Below, in pieces: positions 62,421-64,000 of a stretch of 64,000 bases of DNA (positions are counted from its first letter, which is position 1; every line of letters begins with the position of its first letter). Origin of the DNA: a virus (lineage: Duplodnaviria; Caudoviricetes). Both the position numbers and the translations under genes were made by a program. Where the stretch lies: the IMG/VR virus record IMGVR_UViG_3300028591_000171, positions 14,634 through 78,633 of that record. One strand, written 5' to 3'. Under the pieces are notes generated by a model that was not told the DNA's origin, ran no database searches, and was given only the letters and a program-made list of their open reading frames with translations.

Positions 62421-63691
62421 GCTATTATATTTGCGATTTTAGGCTCGAACAGGAGCTTGTTGGTCTGGTTCTTATGCTCTGAGGTTATTTTCTTTATCAT
62501 GTGATAAAGGGAATCCCTCGAGAAGAGCCTCACACCCTTCTCCTCGCTGTCAATGAAGTCCACAATCCTGTCCTTTACCGTGGCTATCGGGGTCTTCGCG
62601 TCTGAGTCGAGCCATGCCGACACGAAATTGGAGAACCTCTTCTCCAGCAAAGTGGAGATGTCTGGTCTCGGAGAGCCGTCACTGTCGTAGAGCAGGGCCG
62701 CGAGCTTGGGCTGGACATCGCTCCACTTTCCGAGAAGCATCTCCTTCGGCTGGATGATGAGGTGCATCTTGTTCCTGAGGAACGTGGTGAACATCTTGGA
62801 GAACCGTCCCCCCTCATCCTTGAAACAACCTTTAGAGATGGTCGTGATGAAGTTGAGGCTCTCGGGGTTATCCCAGTCATCAACGCCCTGTATCATATTT
62901 GCGAACATGACGAAGGACCTCGGGTTGCAGATACGCTCACCGTTCTCGTTGGCGTTGAAGAGCTCGCCTGAATAGGATGACACGAAATTGATGCACCTTC
63001 CGTCGATACCGGCTCCCTCAGCCCATCTCATCCACGCGTCAAGATCCCAGGCGACATTGAAGTTGAGGAACCTTGTCCTCTGGGCCTCGTCAAGAGAGTT
63101 GACGTTATTGGTGCCGTCATCCGGGTTGTTGGTCAGGCAGATGGTTGTCTTCTTGGGAAGCGACCATGAGGTGTATCTCTGGGTCAGGATAAGCTCCATG
63201 CAAGCCTGCAGGAGTTGGGGGTTGGCGCGCACATAATCGTCCAGAACCACCATATTCCCGTTCTCATTGTACTCTGGAACCCACGCAGGTTTCGCGTAGC
63301 TCATCCTGCTCTTCCCGGTCTGGCGGAGCATGGAGTTCTTGTCATAGGAGTCGATCTGCTTGGAGCTGAGCCATACAGTACCCGGTAAGACCTGAGCCCT
63401 CACATTCCCGTCGGCATCCTTCACCCTCTTCGCTACCTGGCACTCATACTCCACGACAGGAAACCCGATAAGGTCTCCAGCCTCCTCCATCTCGTGCAGC
63501 GAGATCTTGGTGAACCCCATATTCCTCTCTTTGGCTATCTGCTGGAGGATTGATGTCTTCCCGATTCCAGCCGACGCCTCAAGTGATATCGCTATCGGAG
63601 TGAGCCCTTTCTCCTCAAGTTTGATATTGTTGTCTATAGTGTAATTGACGAGGTTGTTAACCTCCTTCATGCTTACTGTCGTAGTTGCCAT
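62417..63691 (-). CDS. MoxR-like AAA+ ATPase
   Basis: Walker A-like ASAGIGKTS, Walker B-like VVLDDYVR, sensor TNNP, SLDEAQRTRF, NPRSF. Confidence 0.85.
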   Translation of the reverse strand: MATTTVSMKEVNNLVNYTIDNNIKLEEKGLTPIAISLEASAGIGKTSILQQIAKERNMGFTKISLHEMEEAGDLIGFPVVEYECQVAKRVKDADGNVRAQVLPGTVWLSSKQIDSYDKNSMLRQTGKSRMSYAKPAWVPEYNENGNMVVLDDYVRANPQLLQACMELILTQRYTSWSLPKKTTICLTNNPDDGTNNVNSLDEAQRTRFLNFNVAWDLDAWMRWAEGAGIDGRCINFVSSYSGELFNANENGERICNPRSFVMFANMIQGVDDWDNPESLNFITTISKGCFKDEGGRFSKMFTTFLRNKMHLIIQPKEMLLGKWSDVQPKLAALLYDSDGSPRPDISTLLEKRFSNFVSAWLDSDAKTPIATVKDRIVDFIDSEEKGVRLFSRDSLYHMIKKITSEHKNQTNKLLFEPKIANIIA

Positions 63692-63702
63692 CTTGTTCTT
63701 GT

Positions 63703-64000
63703 TTAATGTTTCTTTGGAATGAATACCGCTGAGGCTCCGTTCCTTCTATATCTTGACCTGTCATGGTCACCTTCACTGGATACGACCCAAAGAGTCTCTT
63801 TCGGCGTGTCCTTAGGTATGTCCGCGTATCCGTCAGTGAAATAGACAAGGGCGTCATACTTCCTGCGGTTATTGTTGAACATGTCAACAGGTGGCTGAAA
63901 GTCAGTTCCACCGCCACCATGCAAAATCTGGTTTTGCCTGCCGTTGAAATCGTACTCGTGCTGAATACGCGTGTCGCACTCAACAACATGGAACGTGGCA
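63703..64000 (-). CDS. C-terminal part of a VWA-like domain protein (5'-truncated by the window edge)
   Basis: Frame open to the window end: HVVECDTRIQ...HGGGGTDFQPP...LVYFTDGY; typical MoxR partner. Confidence 0.8.
   Translation of the reverse strand, partial: ATFHVVECDTRIQHEYDFNGRQNQILHGGGGTDFQPPVDMFNNNRRKYDALVYFTDGYADIPKDTPKETLWVVSSEGDHDRSRYRRNGASAVFIPKKH

Larger units (their letters stand above)
1..64000. mobile_element. Segment of a crAss-like phage (Crassvirales) genome, probably temperate, Bacteroidota host
   Basis: Gene order matches crAss-like phages: ~510-aa capsid, ring/hub/IHF/muzzle genes, cargo genes, three giant proteins with a DFDID RNAP motif, and a MoxR-VWA pair. No cellular housekeeping genes. 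TAnnTTTG promoters and AT-rich, SD-poor start regions. Confidence 0.93.

Noticed and set aside
1-64000. Stop-codon reassignment, known in some crAss-like phages
   Set aside because: Giant genes are intact in the standard code, and TAG, TGA and TAA all end genes with tight coupling to the next start.
1-64000. Diversity-generating retroelement
   Set aside because: No reverse transcriptase motifs and no ~100-nt template/variable repeat pair differing at adenines seen. The RBP-end motif is too short and lies outside the coding variable region.
1-64000. CRISPR array
   Set aside because: No series of equal-length repeats with unique spacers. The three hairpins near 42.7 kb share only a loop motif.

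Overview
The whole window is part of a crAss-like phage (Crassvirales) genome, read in the standard genetic code, with Bacteroidota-type promoters (TAnnTTTG) that point to a Bacteroidales host. From left to right it holds: the 3' end of a tail-spike-like gene; an uncharacterised six-gene cluster; the head-tail module (scaffold, major capsid, rings, hubs, IHF-like protein, muzzle); ejected cargo proteins; and three giant virion proteins. Two of the giants, including the DFDID-motif virion RNA polymerase, are inverted relative to the structural operon. Next come an AT-rich intergenic cluster of GNRA-capped hairpin small-RNA candidates, a lysis-type module and a second receptor-binding gene. The minus-strand early arm carries small modular genes, a RusA-like nuclease, a retropepsin-like protease, a PD-(D/E)XK nuclease, and a MoxR-like AAA ATPase with a VWA partner. 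The strongest finding is a tyrosine integrase next to an attP-like site. That site is the exact 3' half of a tRNA-Val(TAC), flanked by two pairs of 12-bp-spaced GCGGAAT repeats, which suggests a temperate crAss-like phage. Also notable are a shared ~30-nt motif at the 3' edge of both receptor-binding genes 46.7 kb apart, and a terminal-cysteine pattern in the three giant proteins. Product names come from motifs and recalled crAss-like synteny; no database search was run.
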